From NCBI GenBank assembly GCA_013265495.1, contig MU058337.1:6430716-6494715 (forward strand): a stretch of DNA of 64,000 nt. Reading direction: 5' to 3'. Source of the DNA: Vicugna vicugna. Taxonomy: Eukaryota. Position numbers and translations under genes: made by a program. Under the pieces are notes generated by a model. That model searched no databases. It worked only from the letters and a program-made list of their open reading frames with translations, and was not told the origin of the DNA. Shown here in pieces: positions 47,401 to 61,450 of the stretch (positions within the stretch are counted from its first letter, which is position 1; each line of letters starts with the position of its first letter).

Positions 47401-50400
47401 GTAGTGTCTGTCTCCCAGGCAGACAGAGGTAGTAAAAGTGGACGCATACCTGATGTTTCTAACACTGGTCTTCATTACTTTCCCTCTTGAAAAAATTTTT
47501 TTCATGAAGACTCATAGAACTTTTAGCACATAAGTCCTTCATCACTGTTTCAAATTTTCCCCACCCTTCACCTTCTTTAACAGCAAATAAGTATGATTTG
47601 CCAAAGAAACCATGACATTGCAGAGGTACATCTCATTGAAGTCTACTTAGCTGTTACATTTCTTTACCTTTTTTACCTCCATGACAATTTTTAAGGGTGT
47701 TTATATTCTTCACAGAACTGCACCTGGACTATCATATGAAAAACGGGTGCCAATTAGAAGTATTTTGGCTAAAGCCGGTTCCCGCACACCACTGTCTTAT
47801 GCTAGAAGTGAGCTGGCACCAACAACAAAGGGTTGCTATTAATAGTACAACACAGAACGCAAGTGGAAAACTTGAGTGAAATTATGTTTTTTAAAACCCA
47901 CTGTTTAGTGCCCAGAAAAGGGACAGACTGTGCAGCATCTGTGCTGGGGGGATGTGGAACTAATAAATCATTGCCATTTTTACTATGCATGGGCAGGATA
48001 TCATAGTATATCCAAAGCCAAACATTTGCTGTCCGAGAAAAATGATTTACGTTCCAGAGCTTTTTTTCACTTGATTTGAAAGTGCATGCATTTAGACATT
48101 TAGACATCTGAAATGATTTTATTAATTTAACTCTCCTATAATCATTAACAGTTTCTTTTAAGAAGGATTACATTTATGAATGAAATATTACTATAAACAT
48201 GTATACATCTTTATGTTCAAACATAAAACATATTCCTTTCAAAGTCTGATTTGCAGATGTAAAGCCATGTAATACAAAAGACTGGGCTGAAAAAGATGCT
48301 TTGATGCATATAAAAAAAGAATAGCTTAAAAAAAAAAACCTAGTGAAGCTAGATGGCTAACTTTCTATTATCAGTCCAAGAAAGCTGTAAGAAAAGCATA
48401 TCTTTTCACTGAACTAATTTTATCAGAATATCAGAGCAAGTTTATAAAAGACTAAATAAACATCGATGACAGTACAATATCCTTCTTCAATAAATAACTA
48501 CCCTAGGATGATTTCTTAACACTGGACCATCCTATCTGTTCTGGAATACATTAACGTAATAAAAAGGCCCTTCTAAATAGTAACACAGGCAGTTTCACTA
48601 ATCAAATTATCATCGTAATGTATTGACAGTGAGAGAAGTCACAGAAAACAAGGACTGACAGAAAACTGTTTCAGAATTCAAAGAACAATGGACTACTTAT
48701 TTTGACATTCCACAACCATTTTACCTACACACTCTTTAGAAAACCGGTAAAATTCAGGAAGCAGAGTCTAGAAGGGCTAATACACATTCAGAGTCCTCTG
48801 AACAGTCAATGGTGTTCAGATTTTTGTCCTAGGACTTGAAAAGTTAAAGGCACGGTCCTGCCAATTGTGAGATGCCCTCTCCAACACAGACCACCCACAA
48901 CTGCGGATTTTCCATCTGGTGAACAAAACAGACAGCTCCCTAATTATTTTTAAAAAAGATTTTTTCCCTCTAACATACTTTCTTTATTTGTCTGTGACCT
49001 GGAACTTAATGGAAAACCTGGTGTATGCCAACTTCATTTCTTGTAATGAAACATCCTATTTTATTGTTTTAACTGAGGTTTTTCAAAGGCTCTAAGATAG
49101 AAATTACTACCCCCAGAGCTAACACACCAAACCACCAAAACAATTCCAAAGAACAACTGTTTTCTCTGAACAGAGAATATCTTGTTTAAATATTAACCAC
49201 TCAAGTTTTCGCCCACAATCAACATGATGAAAATAGGAGGGGAATTATTTTCAGTCGTTTTCAACTGGGCACCCATACTGCTGGTGTCAAAATCTATGGC
49301 TTTTCCAACAAGATGGCCACCTCTGCCAAAAGCATGCTCAGAAATGCCAACTGTAATTAAAATCTGGCACCTGTCTTGGGCACCAAATTTGCTTCTACTA
49401 TCTCCATGTTGAAATGTGTCTCAGCTTTGAGAGGATGTAAGATGCTTCTTGCCCTCTGCCCTTCGGAAAAACACTTGAGTAGAAAAACTGACGGCTGTTT
49501 TCCCCAAAATTACATTTTTTACATCTTAACCATCCTAAATCTTCTCTGCTTTCTTTCCCTGAATCTGTTTGCTTAATTAGTCCCAAGAGAATCGGCATAC
49601 ATTCCCTTCACACGTTTTGTTTTTATAAACCTCAGGAAAAACAGGCAGTGAAGTAAGTTCTTCCTAGTACGGAGCTGTGCTTGAAGGGTGGCAGTGTGGC
49701 ATGGATAAGTTTCACAAGGGTTTAGAAACAATGGAACTGGGAAGCTACAGAAGGGTTTGGAAAAACCTAAAGAAGGTTTTTCAGAGACCACACCAAAGCA
49801 ATTAATCTTGATTTGATGCACGATGTCCTCTCTGACTGTTGTCTGTGAACAAGCCTGTGCCCTAACTATTGTTTGGTTGAGCTGGGCCTTAAAAATCCAG
49901 AATATTTGCTCTTTAAAGGATCTGTAGAAGGTAATCCCTTCTCTCTTGCAGCCTTTCACATGTTGGACACCTGGCTCCACTTATATGAGGACACAGTGGT
50001 CGTCAAGCCCACCTGCCACTTTGGAAGCTTAAATCTATCACACAGCTCGGCCCTTAAAAAGCCCAGTGGACAAAAGGCCAGAATGCGAGATGGCCCAGAA
50101 GCAGGGTTGCTGGAGCAGAAGCTCTACAGGCTCGTGCCCGCCTTGCTCAGTGCCGGAGCCCAGGGCCTAGCAGAGTGCCTCACATGGACAGGGTGGTCAA
50201 TAAATGCTACTGACAGAAGAGTAGGCAGCTTCCATGTGAGCACGTCTTATATGAAGACACCCTGGCTTCAACAGGAAAAGGACCCTGATGAGGTGGATTA
50301 TAAATCCTTCAAGTTCAGGAAGATGCCCTTCTATCAAGACTTGCTAGGGGGTGCAGACACACAGACGTTCTGACCTTGGGACTTGCCAGCCACCTTCCTC

Positions 50401-50917
50401 TGCTGTCTGTCAGCAATGCTATACACTCCAGGCCACGCTGGGTTCCTATAACACTTCACTCTTCACCAGAAATGAAAAAGAGGTAAGGAAGCATGACAGA
50501 CCACTTAAGGTAATGGATTTTACTATTAAATAAATCAGAAAGTATAGAAAAGCAGAGCCTAATTTATGACAAGGTTATGCTCAAAGATTCACCAAATCCT
50601 TTAAAAATAATTCATCAAGAAATTGCTTCTTGGGAACTGAAAATGAATTTTTCCCAATGGAAAAGACATCACATAGGACAGTGAGGCACTCAGGAGACCT
50701 CACAAAAGCCCATTCAACCCCACAATGTCCCAGAGTGCTGGTTTAACTACAACCAACCACTCTGCAATAGCATGATCATGGGAAGAGAATGCTGAGTTTC
50801 AACCAGGGAACAACTCCACCGCAGGAAAAAAGATCCTCAGGACATGGCTCATTGCCTATGAATGCGCCACACTCCCCCAAAGAAAGCCATCTCCCTAGAT
50901 CAGAAATTCCCCTAAGG

Positions 50918-51169
50918 CAGTATTTTTCAAAAACATTTTTACTGCAACTCACAGAAAAAAACATTCTATATGGAGAGCCCATAAACACACACACATCTCC
51001 CACATATTTAAAAAAATAGAATTTTACAAAGCAAAACTTAACCTGTGATGTACTTTGACTAGAACAGTTTCTATTTTATTATGGCTCATTTTTTCAAATG
51101 CTTGTCATGACCCAATAAATAAATTTATGGCTCTCTATGGGTTGGGACGCCCAGCCTAAAACATCGCTG
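50918..51169. mobile_element. Non-autonomous hAT-Charlie-type DNA transposon (family not resolved)
   Basis: Starts cagtatttttcaaaa and ends ...cgctg; internal catgacccaataaataaatttatgg...atgggttgggac. Confidence 0.55.
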
Positions 51170-54100
51170 CCATGAACGATCCAAACTGAGGAGCAAAGGC
51201 ATAGAGTGGTGGCTGCTAGTGAGCGTTCCCTCAACTACTTATATTGCATGGACAAATTTTAACGTGGTTATGGATAAAAAGATTAAAATGAGATGATTTC
51301 CTGCAAATGTGTCAGAAATGCATGTGTCCCTTGGTTCAGACTCCCACCTATTCAAGCAATTCCCTTCTCCGTTTCTATCTTACTGAAGATGTAAGTGTTA
51401 TCTGAAAACCTGAGAATATAGACAATTACAGATACTAGGTAACAAAGATAGAGACTTCAAATCATGCTGCCGAAAAGCCTGAAGGTCTGTAAACATTAAA
51501 AAAAAACAGCAATGATGAGGACGACTAGTGATTCAGAATACGTGAATACCACTTAATCAACACTTGGGCTATTGTCACCAGAGCAGTGCACAAACCGGCA
51601 GGTAGTGGGAACCAGTCCACTGGGAGCTGCCTCGGGAAGCAGACAGGAGCACGGCATGCCAAGCCTCCTGGCCCTTTAGTGCAGACCTCCTGCATTTTCT
51701 CTTCAGGGGAAAGTCAAAAGATTCTGGGAAGGAAGACTCTGGTGACTCCAGCAACAAATATGTACCTGGGAGGAACCCCATGAGCCCATGGGCAAAGTCC
51801 TCATGAAGGCCGCTGAGGGCCTTGAGCGAGCCCTTGAGTAGATTAGAAAGGAGCCAACACCCTGGTTTTCACCCTAGTAGTGGATTGAAGCAACCCCCCG
51901 CCCCCATGGCCGCTGCCAGTCCTCCCATTCGTGGGTTTGGCGGACAGTGACTGCATATTCCCTGTGACCAGGGCCATCTTCCCAAGAGGTCCACATTAGC
52001 CACAGCTGCGGTACTGAAGGGTTAGAGTGCCCAGGACTGAGGCCCCCACCTCTCCCCAACGAGTGTGGGCTTTTCAACCAAACCTGAGCATTCTTCCCAA
52101 GAATCTCTCAGAATCACTGTGCACGGTGTCTGAGAACATGGGACCCTTATAGGCGTTCTTCTGCAGAGGAGGGGTCCTCCCTGAGACGTGTCCTGTCAGT
52201 TTCTATCATCATAGGTATGCTCTTTTTGCATTCTGTCACATTTTAAAATTCCACTCAAAAGACTGGGGAACATTATTTCAAAATTTAATTTTAAAAGGTT
52301 TAATATGACTTGATGTTTCAAAAAGGGAAATGCACCAGTCTCAGAAACACCTCACTCCGCTGAGTTCATCGTGGATCTTCTTTTTCTGTGCTCTCCTTCC
52401 TTCTGCTGTAGGACTTTTTAAATAAATAAAGTGATTTGTTTGTGGAAGTATAATAAATAATGGAAAGATGCATACAGTGTCAGTAGCACAATCTAAATGG
52501 CTTTGGTTCATTTGTGTTCCTTCCTTTATCTATTAACAACTCATTTTAACCTATGGGTTACAAATGACTAATTTCTCATATTTTAAAATCAGCCCAGCAT
52601 CAGTGTCATTTGGGGTTGCATCAACAGCAAATAACGTACGATTACAGGCTTACATTGGAGATTTGAGAAAAGACACCCAGCAGGATTGAAGGCACGAATT
52701 TTCAGAGAAAACTCCACAGAAAAAAATAATGTATTTGTTGTTTGGCAATATGGTTTATAAAACCAAGCAATAAAAATCCTGTTAGAAAGACGATATATGT
52801 AAAACAAAGTAAAACTAGGCACTTATTCTTTTTGTTAAGTCCTCTCATAAGGGGAACATTCTTGGAAAATGGATCCGCATGAGTAGTTTGGGTTTCCACT
52901 GCCCGCCATATATTCATGAACACACATGCATATTTGCGTACACATGTCTACGTCTGGGTACGTGCATATATGTTTCCAGAGCAGTAACAATACTACAGTC
53001 CTGAAGACAAAATAGCAGGGGGCACTGCCCATTAAGTTATCGGTTCCAGGCCTTCACTTTCTAATTGACAACTCCAGGGCTACTTTCATCACTTGTCAAC
53101 TTCAAATCCACACTCAATTTTTCCTTTTAGATGATGTTGCATCTGTAATACGGCAGTGTTTCTGACATATTGCAGCATGTCTGCTAGGGATATTTCTTCG
53201 GAAGCACAGCTTAAGAAAGGGAGGAAACCTGCTAAATGTTTTTCAAATCTATCAACAACTCAAAAGAACACTGTGGGAAAAAACCACATTTTTACACTTA
53301 AAATATTTTCCATTGGCCTTAGCAATAATTCAAGCTATTTAAAGCAAGTAGAGATGGATTTAAACAAAACACAAAAGAGTATTTGATACCACACACACAC
53401 ACAAAACCCTTCCACCTAACATGGTGAAGCTAGTGAAACACTGAATATGATATTTTATGTCAATTCACATACAAAACCATAGTGAAATATGTTTGACTCC
53501 AAGCTAAATGCTTTTTAAAATCCGTGAGACAGGTAAAAATATTAAATAGTTTAGTCTACAACCACTCAGTCTATTAAACTGCCTTATCTGAAAAAATAAA
53601 TAATTGTTTTAAGTTGATAGGTACTTTAATCATTAATTTTCATTATTAAAAGAACACCAAAAATAAATGATCAAATTCAAAATTTACTTGTATAGTATCA
53701 AAAGCTAGATTAAAATTGCATCATCCTGTTTAATTAAAATAACACAATACATAGAAAATATAAATTTTCAATTAAGTATGTATCAATCACATGCCTGGAA
53801 TTTTCCCTGATAATTTTATTTTTAAATATTTTGTCCAATTAGCCACTTCCATAAGTATACTCAAATCATGTGCTCAAACTGTGTACACCAATTTGTGGTT
53901 CTAAAAATACAGTCACCTTGTATAGGTGTGTACGCTAAAAGGATAGATTTTATGTTTTATTTTGATTTTTTATTTTGGCTTTCATTTGTCATATATAAAT
54001 GCATTTGAACAATTGCTAAACAATTGGGGCGCTCCTTTAAGAATGATTCTAAATGCTGATGTTCTAGAACTGGATTTTCCCGACTATTTATTGCTATGGT

Positions 54101-55084
54101 TACTAATATCTATGAAACAATGTATGATGAAAGCACAGTGTAGTCATTTCTGCCTGAATTATTCAGAGGCTCAATGTTCTCTGTTGCTACTGTGACCATA
54201 ATGGAATGGGTTAGGACATGGAGAGAATCCAGAACCATTCATTTTTCTTACTTGACAGCAGGAGTATCATTTTATCTATACACTAGCCAAGAAAATAAGA
54301 TTCAAGGCATGTTGTACACAGCAAAGTTAACCATATCTGCTGCTACCCATAAATGTCCTCTTTTAAACTTTGCCCCTTAGAATCAGACATCTCTCAAAAG
54401 TGTGGGGAGGCTGCGATGCCCAAACCACTCTAGCGAGAGGAATGGGCTCAGCAGGGTATCCAGGCCCCCAGGGGCACTTCACGCTAGCCAGGCAGAGAGA
54501 ACCAGTTGACACACCATGTTTAGGACACATCTGCAGCCCTGCCCGGGCCCAGGCATTTGCTGACGTTGCATCAGCTGAAGCTTAGCCAGATCCAGCAGGT
54601 CTTGCCTCTGTTTTCAAGCATCATGAGCTAATAGGTGATCTTTTCTTTAGACTACTCAATATTTTCCCCACAGGACTTTAAGACTTTGGTAAATTTTAAT
54701 AGTCCTATTTAGCCATACATTTAAAACCTGTAGCAAAGGTGAGCAATGGAGAATAGGTTAAGATATATCTAAAATAAAGCATGTGTCAAAGCTGAGGTTA
54801 GTGTTTTAACTGGGGAGATTAAATTGTTTCTTCGAAGACACAATTTGAGGAGTTTTTGCTGAAAATATGCCTAAAACTCCAAATTTTATATTACATGAAA
54901 TCCTGCAATGAATGATAATCACTCCTGTAACTTAGCAAGCCTACTCTCTTAACATTCAAACTTACGGTCAAGAGTTCAATTCAACAGTTATTAAGCACTG
55001 CTGGCCTCAAGGAATATACGGTCTAGTGAGAGAGAAAGACATTTAATCAGGTAGATTCAATACAAGTCCGAAGTGTTAGAAGAA

Positions 55085-55300
55085 TAACAACTCTAACAGG
55101 TACCATGCTAAGAAACTTCACGTATATTATCTTTAGTCCTTCTGTTTCAGCAAAATAAATAGTAGTACTGCCACCACACATGAGAAAACTAAGGCTGGCG
55201 GATATCAGATGATTCGCCTGAGCTCACGTAGCCAATAGACTGAAGGACTAGAGCTGAAACCAAATCCGTCCAACTCCAAACCCTGTCATCTTCCCACCAA
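55085..55300 (-). mobile_element. Degenerate MIR
   Basis: caggtaccatgctaag...atgagaaaactaaggct...tccgtccaactccaaacc. Confidence 0.55.
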
Positions 55301-55429
55301 ACGGCACAACCTCTCCGAGGGTAGGACAGAAGCGTTAACAAGAACTACGGGAGCAGAGAGGCCCACTTGGTCCCAGAATGGTAGGGAATAAGTAAGGGTT
55401 TCTAGGACAAGTTATTTCCGAGGCGAGAA

Positions 55430-56370
55430 TAATTTTCTGACATATAACATTGTATTAGTTTAAGGTGTACAACATAATGATTTGATACATGCTATATAGT
55501 GATTTTTGAAAGGACATTGGGCATTAAGATTAATATGCTGTACAGACTCTCAATTCTGTATATTTCTCTGAAGACTAATAGACAGTTAACTCAGCTGAAC
55601 ACAAACATCAAACTCTGTCTCCCCTATAGTGGGCAGTAGCTAAGATCTCTGCTCAGTTCTTTCAGCTTCAGGCTGCTGCTTTTTCATCAGTCCCCTTGGG
55701 ATCTTCCCTACACACGTATAATTTAGTGACTAGCCAAGAATTTGTGCCATTTTGTATACAGATTGTGGGGTTTACCCCCTTGGCAGCTCCCTCCCCTCTG
55801 GGATTTCCCTCCTGACTTTCTGGCAGCTGTGCCAGTCTCCACCTCTGCCTTCTAACACCTTAATGCAGTGAGGCTGTGGCTTTTTGCCACTTACATCAGG
55901 TGGATTTGGGAGTGTCTACAGGTAAAAAGCCATAAACTTGCAAAACTTACCTGTTGTACTTTGTCTTTCAAGGGTAGGTTCTGTCCCAGTTTCTGCCTGA
56001 TTTCGCTTGCTCTCTAGTGCCTTAAAATAGCTGGTTTTAAAAAAACACTTTGTGCAGGGGAAGAGGGTAGCTCAGTGGTAGAGCACCTGCTTAGCATGTG
56101 CGAGGTCCTGGGTTTAATCCTCAGTACCGCCATTAAAAAATAATAATGATAAAGTAAATTTTAAAAAATAATTTAAAAAATTTAAAAATTAAACTTAAAA
56201 AATACTTTGTGCAAATTATAAATGTTTTCTGGGGGGGATTAGAGCAATCAAGCTCCTCCATCATTCATGGAAACTACCTTATTCTTTTTAATAGCTACAT
56301 CATTACTGTGGTATGACTGTATCATCATTTATTTATTTAACAAAGACCCAGTTGATGGGCATTTTATATT
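55430..56370 (-). mobile_element. Old LINE-1 fragments (short 3' tip plus 5'-region segment) with a nested SINE
   Basis: ttaaggtgtacaacataatgatttgata; ctctgctcagttctttcag...gtatacagattgtgggg...tctgggatttccc...ccagtttctgcctg. Confidence 0.6.
56057..56197 (+). mobile_element. tRNA-Ala-derived SINE (Vic-1-like)
   Basis: gtagctcagtggtagagcacctgcttagcatgtgcgaggtcctgggtttaatcc plus AT-rich tail. 16-bp TSD aaaaa(c/t)actttgtgca at 56041-56056 and 56198-56213. Confidence 0.93.
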
Positions 56371-56439
56371 AGTATCTCTTAATAATAGTCAAAGAATTAT
56401 TCTTTCCAAAGGTGTCCGGACTAGAGGACTGAAATGCAG

Positions 56440-56635
56440 TGGTTCAGCAAACAGGCTTCATAAACAGGTGTTGGGCTCCTGCTCCATCCTTTAGCAGGAG
56501 CGTAAACTTGGTAAGTCATCTAACTTTCCTGAATCTCACTTTCTTCACTTGTAAAATAGCCAAAAGAATACTTTCCTCATGATAATATTAATGTATAAAA
56601 GCATAATCCTTCCGCATAGAAAGAGCTCAGTAGAG
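56440..56635 (+). mobile_element. MIR SINE
   Basis: cttggtaagtcatctaactttcctgaatctcactttcttcacttgtaaaatag. Confidence 0.7.
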
Positions 56636-59600
56636 TTCAGTCCTCCTCAAGAATAAGAATAGGATCCAGGAGAGGGCAGAGCTGGGGTCAAGACAAAGAA
56701 CACAGTCCACTGGGGACAGGAGAGCTCAGCTGGGAGGAGAGGTCACAGAGGAAGGAGAAAGGAAAAAGGAGAAAAGAAAAAAGGGAGGCCAAAAACAATA
56801 TGTCCAAGGTAAGAGTCCATCAAACTCTATCTTGTTCAGAATTGCTTTGGTCAACACTTGTGAAACAGGCCAAGTCCCCACCCACAACTCTTCCACTTTA
56901 AGCATTTCTTTGAATCTTCTGGGCTTCTACCATGCTGGTGCCTGAGTTATTACTAGGAATTTTTTTCAGAGACTGTACTAACCAGCAGCCCTCCTGAAGG
57001 CTCCCTCAACTGCAGGAAGACCATCCTCACAAACACTGATGCTTGTAGTACAAGGGGCTCCAGGGTAAAGAAGGGGGAGGAAGGGGGAGGAGGCATAAAT
57101 GGAGTAGCTCTGAAAGAGGCACTACGTGACTTACCAGGACAACACCCCTCATTTTCCCTCTCAGAAAAGCACTGCTTAAGTAGCCCACATGACAGTTAAA
57201 CAAGGAATGCCCAGAGCTGCCTCTGCAGGACAGAATGGGGGTGTATAGCCAGCATTCAAGCCTGTCTCTGCCTGTGGGAACAACCCACTTCCAGCTTGGG
57301 TCCCACCCTCACGTGGTGCGGCGCTCAGGGGCAGTGAGCAAGGCGACCTAATCAGAGAATCCACACCCAAACAGCTCCGGGCCCCCCTCAGGGCCACTGG
57401 GAGTGGGCAGAGCCTTTCTGCCACACCACTGGAGAAGAAATCACTAGTGATTTGCAGTAGGTGTGTTAGCAGACAGTGCCTTCAAGTGAATAAACACCAG
57501 TTCCAAGCAGAAAGGCACATACTAGAACATTTTGGGATCTTCAAGAGAGGATCAGCATAAAATCTCCTTGGGAAAGAAAGAAGCCTTAAAAAGGAACCTG
57601 GCTTAAAAAGGAACCCTGTGCAACAGGGACCTGGGGCCCAGAGGGAGCAGTGGTTTCTTGCAGATAATATGACCTCATCTCACTGCGGCCCAATCCCATC
57701 TGTATCCTCTGGAAAGAACTGGATCTTGATATGAAAGGTGGAAATATTACTGAATGCCTACAATTTCCACTGTGAGAGTCCCTCTGGGTCACCTATGGGA
57801 ATCAGAAAGAATGTTTCCTATTGGCCAGAGAAAGAGGACAAACAAGAGGGCTGTAGAAGGAACCAGTGGCTCTCATCACAATAGGACCCCAGAGCAGGAG
57901 GGCCACCACTGAGCTTCAGGGACAGTTCTGACCAGATGGGGAGACATTCAGGTAACATATCTAACTCCTGGAAGAGGACATGCAGTGGGGACTTGGAACA
58001 CTGAGATTTAAATAGTCACATTTGTAGTGTTCAGGAGGCAAAGCCTGGAGTATCTACCATTGGTCACACACGTTGTTACGCCCAGGTAGATTCTGCAGAC
58101 CTTTCTTGATCTACAGATTGTTGAATTCTCACCTAAGCTTCTGGCTTCCTCCATGGTTTCAGTTAAAGAACTTCTCTTGGGATCGTCAGGAGAGATTCTG
58201 AAGGTGGGCTGGCCCACTCTAAGGGCCCTTTGTCATTCCCATGGGCAGCCAAGAACCTGAGTCCTGTTCCCATGGTGAAACCCTCCACCTTATGAGCCAA
58301 TGGAAGCTGGAAATGCTTCCCCATCACCCCAGCACCAAGGGCGATGCCCGTCACACACACCTGCCCCAGCTTGGGAACTCAGAGTCAGCCACGCAAAGAA
58401 GCAGGAACTGTGCAAAAGTAGCTGTTTCAAGGTAAAACCTCTAAATTAGCTGTGGCACTGACACACAACTATCGTCACAGCCAACCTTTTCTTTTCTTAA
58501 CCAACAAAAGTATTCAATTTTACTTGTTCCTCTTGTAGCAGGGAACTTCTTCCTCTCCATCCTTATCCACAAGGGCAGAAGAAGAAAACACAGTATCACA
58601 ATAACAAGTAGGAAATAACTGGTCATCATCTTGGCCTTTTATACTCAGATGTTTCATGAGATTTGCCTGCAACACTTAAAGGCACATTTCTGATTCTGAT
58701 AACCTAAGACTCTAAACTGTGTTACAAACTGATTACCGTCCAGGGCCCTAAAGCTAAGGTTTACAAGCCTGTTCTGCCTTCCTTCAGGCCCTCCATGCTT
58801 ATAAATGACACCTTCTAGTATCTTAAAAGTATGAGAGGTAGCTAGCCCCAAATTCTCAGGCTGCGAATGGTTTCACATAAAATGAGCTCCTACAATTTTA
58901 TTACCACCCTGGTGCAAGTTTGCAGGTGAGGAGCCACCAGGGAAAGGATGAGGATATGTCTCTCACTTCTGGCCTCCTGACTTTTCCAACTTTTCCACTC
59001 AATACTTCAAGTGATTGCTGCAACTCCCAAGGCTGCTGATTAAACCAAACAGGCTTCACTGCGTTACTTAGAAAAAGCAGGAGTAAGTCACTGAGTCTCT
59101 CTGGACAGAGGGGAGATGAGAACTCACATCCCAGCCTTACACCTGCGAAGCTGACTAGGCAACTGATCCACTGTATTTTGACTTACATGTACATGTAGTG
59201 GGTATCCCTTGATTTGTGTGGTGAGAGGTAACTACTGGAAAATGTTAACGTTCACATTCCAATCAGATAAGCCAGATATCAGTTTTGTATACACCCTATA
59301 TGATACACATATCTCACAACACAAAGATTACCATACTTGGGAAAGTGATCACGTTAGCATACAAGCAAAAATGATGGGTTCTGTAAACTGCATGATTCAG
59401 TACCTCTGTATTCACATGAAGTCTTAACAACACACAACATGCCACACACAGCACTGAGGAGCTGCTTTTGAAAGAATTCCTAGAAACCTTTAAAACAGGG
59501 CTGATTACTAGAAAATATGTGAAATTCACAAGTTCAGATACATCTAAATTTGTATGACTATTTCTTACCCCTGAAAGTGACTTGTGACACGCTAAGTGGA

Positions 59601-60334
59601 TAAATGGATAGATGGTAGATCTAAGAATATTTACAACATTAGTTCTCCTGGTGGAATAAAAAAACCTAAAACCATACAATTAAAATAATTTCTCAATTTT
59701 CAAAAAGCAGTTGACTAATAAATAATGAATGCCTAGTGCTGGGGCAGAGCAGGGATGTTTCTCAGTATCTTTTAAAAATAGAAAAGGCAAATTAACTTTT
59801 AAATGTCAAAATGTGAAAACAGTTCAATATGGCTGGCTCTGACTACTTTTAAAACTTAAAATTTCAAATTCAAATAAAACACAATTCCATATAAATGTCT
59901 TATATAAAAAAGCCCTCAAAAAACACAGCTGAACTTAAAACTCAAACAAAAAAAGCTTTCCTTTTTAAGACCAAAGATCTTCTAAGATCGTTTGTCATAG
60001 GCTTAGAAGTGGTGAAAACTAAACCAGCTGCCAAAAATTATTTACTTTGTAGCACAAACGACTAAGGATGTAACACCCACTAAGTGACCTGCGGAGAAAA
60101 TACAAGGTTAATGTATTTTGCATGCTTTCAGTTTTACTTTGTTAAAATAATACTCATCACCATATTCAACTCTTTTCTTCATGCATTTTATCTAATTCAA
60201 AAATAAAGGCAAAGGAAGGAACACAAGGGAAAAAATTGGGAGTAGCAAACGCCAAACGCATCAGAATTTCTTGATCAGAAATTTAAGATTAACACTCTCA
60301 TTAAGAATTTATGATAAAGTACACAATGGTCAGC

Positions 60335-60477
60335 TTTTTTTTAATTTTTAAATTTGTTTTAGTTTTTTTTGAGGGGAGGGTAATTAGGTTCATTCATTTA
60401 TTTGAGGTACTGGGGATTGAACCCAAGACCTTGTGCATGCTAAGCACATGTTCGACCACTTGAGCTATACCCTCCCC
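60335..60477 (-). mobile_element. tRNA-Ala-derived SINE (Vic-1-like)
   Basis: gaggtactggggattgaacccaagaccttgtgcatgctaagcac...ttgagctataccctcccc. TSD core taaagtacacaatg at 60315-60328 and 60480-60493. Confidence 0.93.
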
Positions 60478-61239
60478 TTTAAAGTACACAATGAATACCT
60501 TTTTCCCCTCAAAAGTGTAGGGTTAAAAATGGAAATTATTATAACATCTACTATATTCTCAACATATTTTTATATACATAGTAGCTTTTGGATTGTTTGA
60601 TATTTAAAAGCACCAGCCAAAACACAGAGCCAGAGTGAGTGCGGTGAACGGAGCCCATTCCAGATAAGCCAGAACTGTAGACAGTCCTGCAACTGCAGCG
60701 ACAACAGGACCTGGCTTGTTAGTCCTGAAAACATACACATTCTTTGTAACTGAAGTTCTGGAATGGCATCTGTCTTAAATTACATCCACCTGGGATTGCG
60801 TTCCAATGACCAATATAGGCAGATTACTGGAACTTGAAAACCTCACTTTTTTGGTAATTGACATTTAAACTGTTTGAAGTTTCTCATTAAGGTCTCTTAA
60901 GAAATTAACTGCAGATGTCGGAAACTAAGTGTATAGTACTCAGAGAAATGAAGTCACCTGAAGGCTCCAAATAACTAGGAGCATTTAAATATAGTAAGTG
61001 CACTGGAAGGAGAGGATAGATAGCCTGCCCCAGAGGCTGCAGTTTCATCACTTCTCTATTCCAGTTAGGTGTCCCAGCACATTTTGAATGTAATTAAAAG
61101 AAAAGAGAGAGGCAAGAAGTTGAAACATGGGACTACCACCTAGACCACAGTATACAGTGAAGAATTAACATGATGGAGACTGAGAGATTAAACATCTCCA
61201 CAGCCTCCGAGTACTAACAGGATGTATATCTGAAATCCT

Positions 61240-61450
61240 GGCCTGGCCTGGCCTTAGAAGCCCTTCACAGCCTGATTCCAACCCACATGCTCAGCTTCAT
61301 GTCTAGCCCCTCGGCCACAAGGCACTCCATACTCCACAATGACCCACTCCTAACTCCCCGGCGGTGTCTTTGCACATGCAGTTCCCTCAGCCAGGAATGC
61401 CTTTCCCTCTCCTATCATCCTTTCAAATCTGCTGAGGTCAATTTCTCTGT
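61240..61450 (+). mobile_element. L2 fragment
   Basis: aagcccttcacagcctgattccaacc...tctttgcacatgcagttccctcagccaggaatgcctttcc. Confidence 0.7.

Noticed and set aside
49873..50373. Longest ORF (166 aa)
   Set aside because: Non-ATG start, no recognisable domain, runs through an L2 tail; such lengths occur by chance.
57130..57155. Minus-strand donor CTG|GTAAGT preceded by a short ATG frame
   Set aside because: No convincing paired acceptor or promoter; isolated consensus donors are common.
1383..60477. tRNA-Ala(AGC) genes
   Set aside because: All five tRNA-like heads have broken stems and SINE-type tails, and most have TSDs; they are SINEs.
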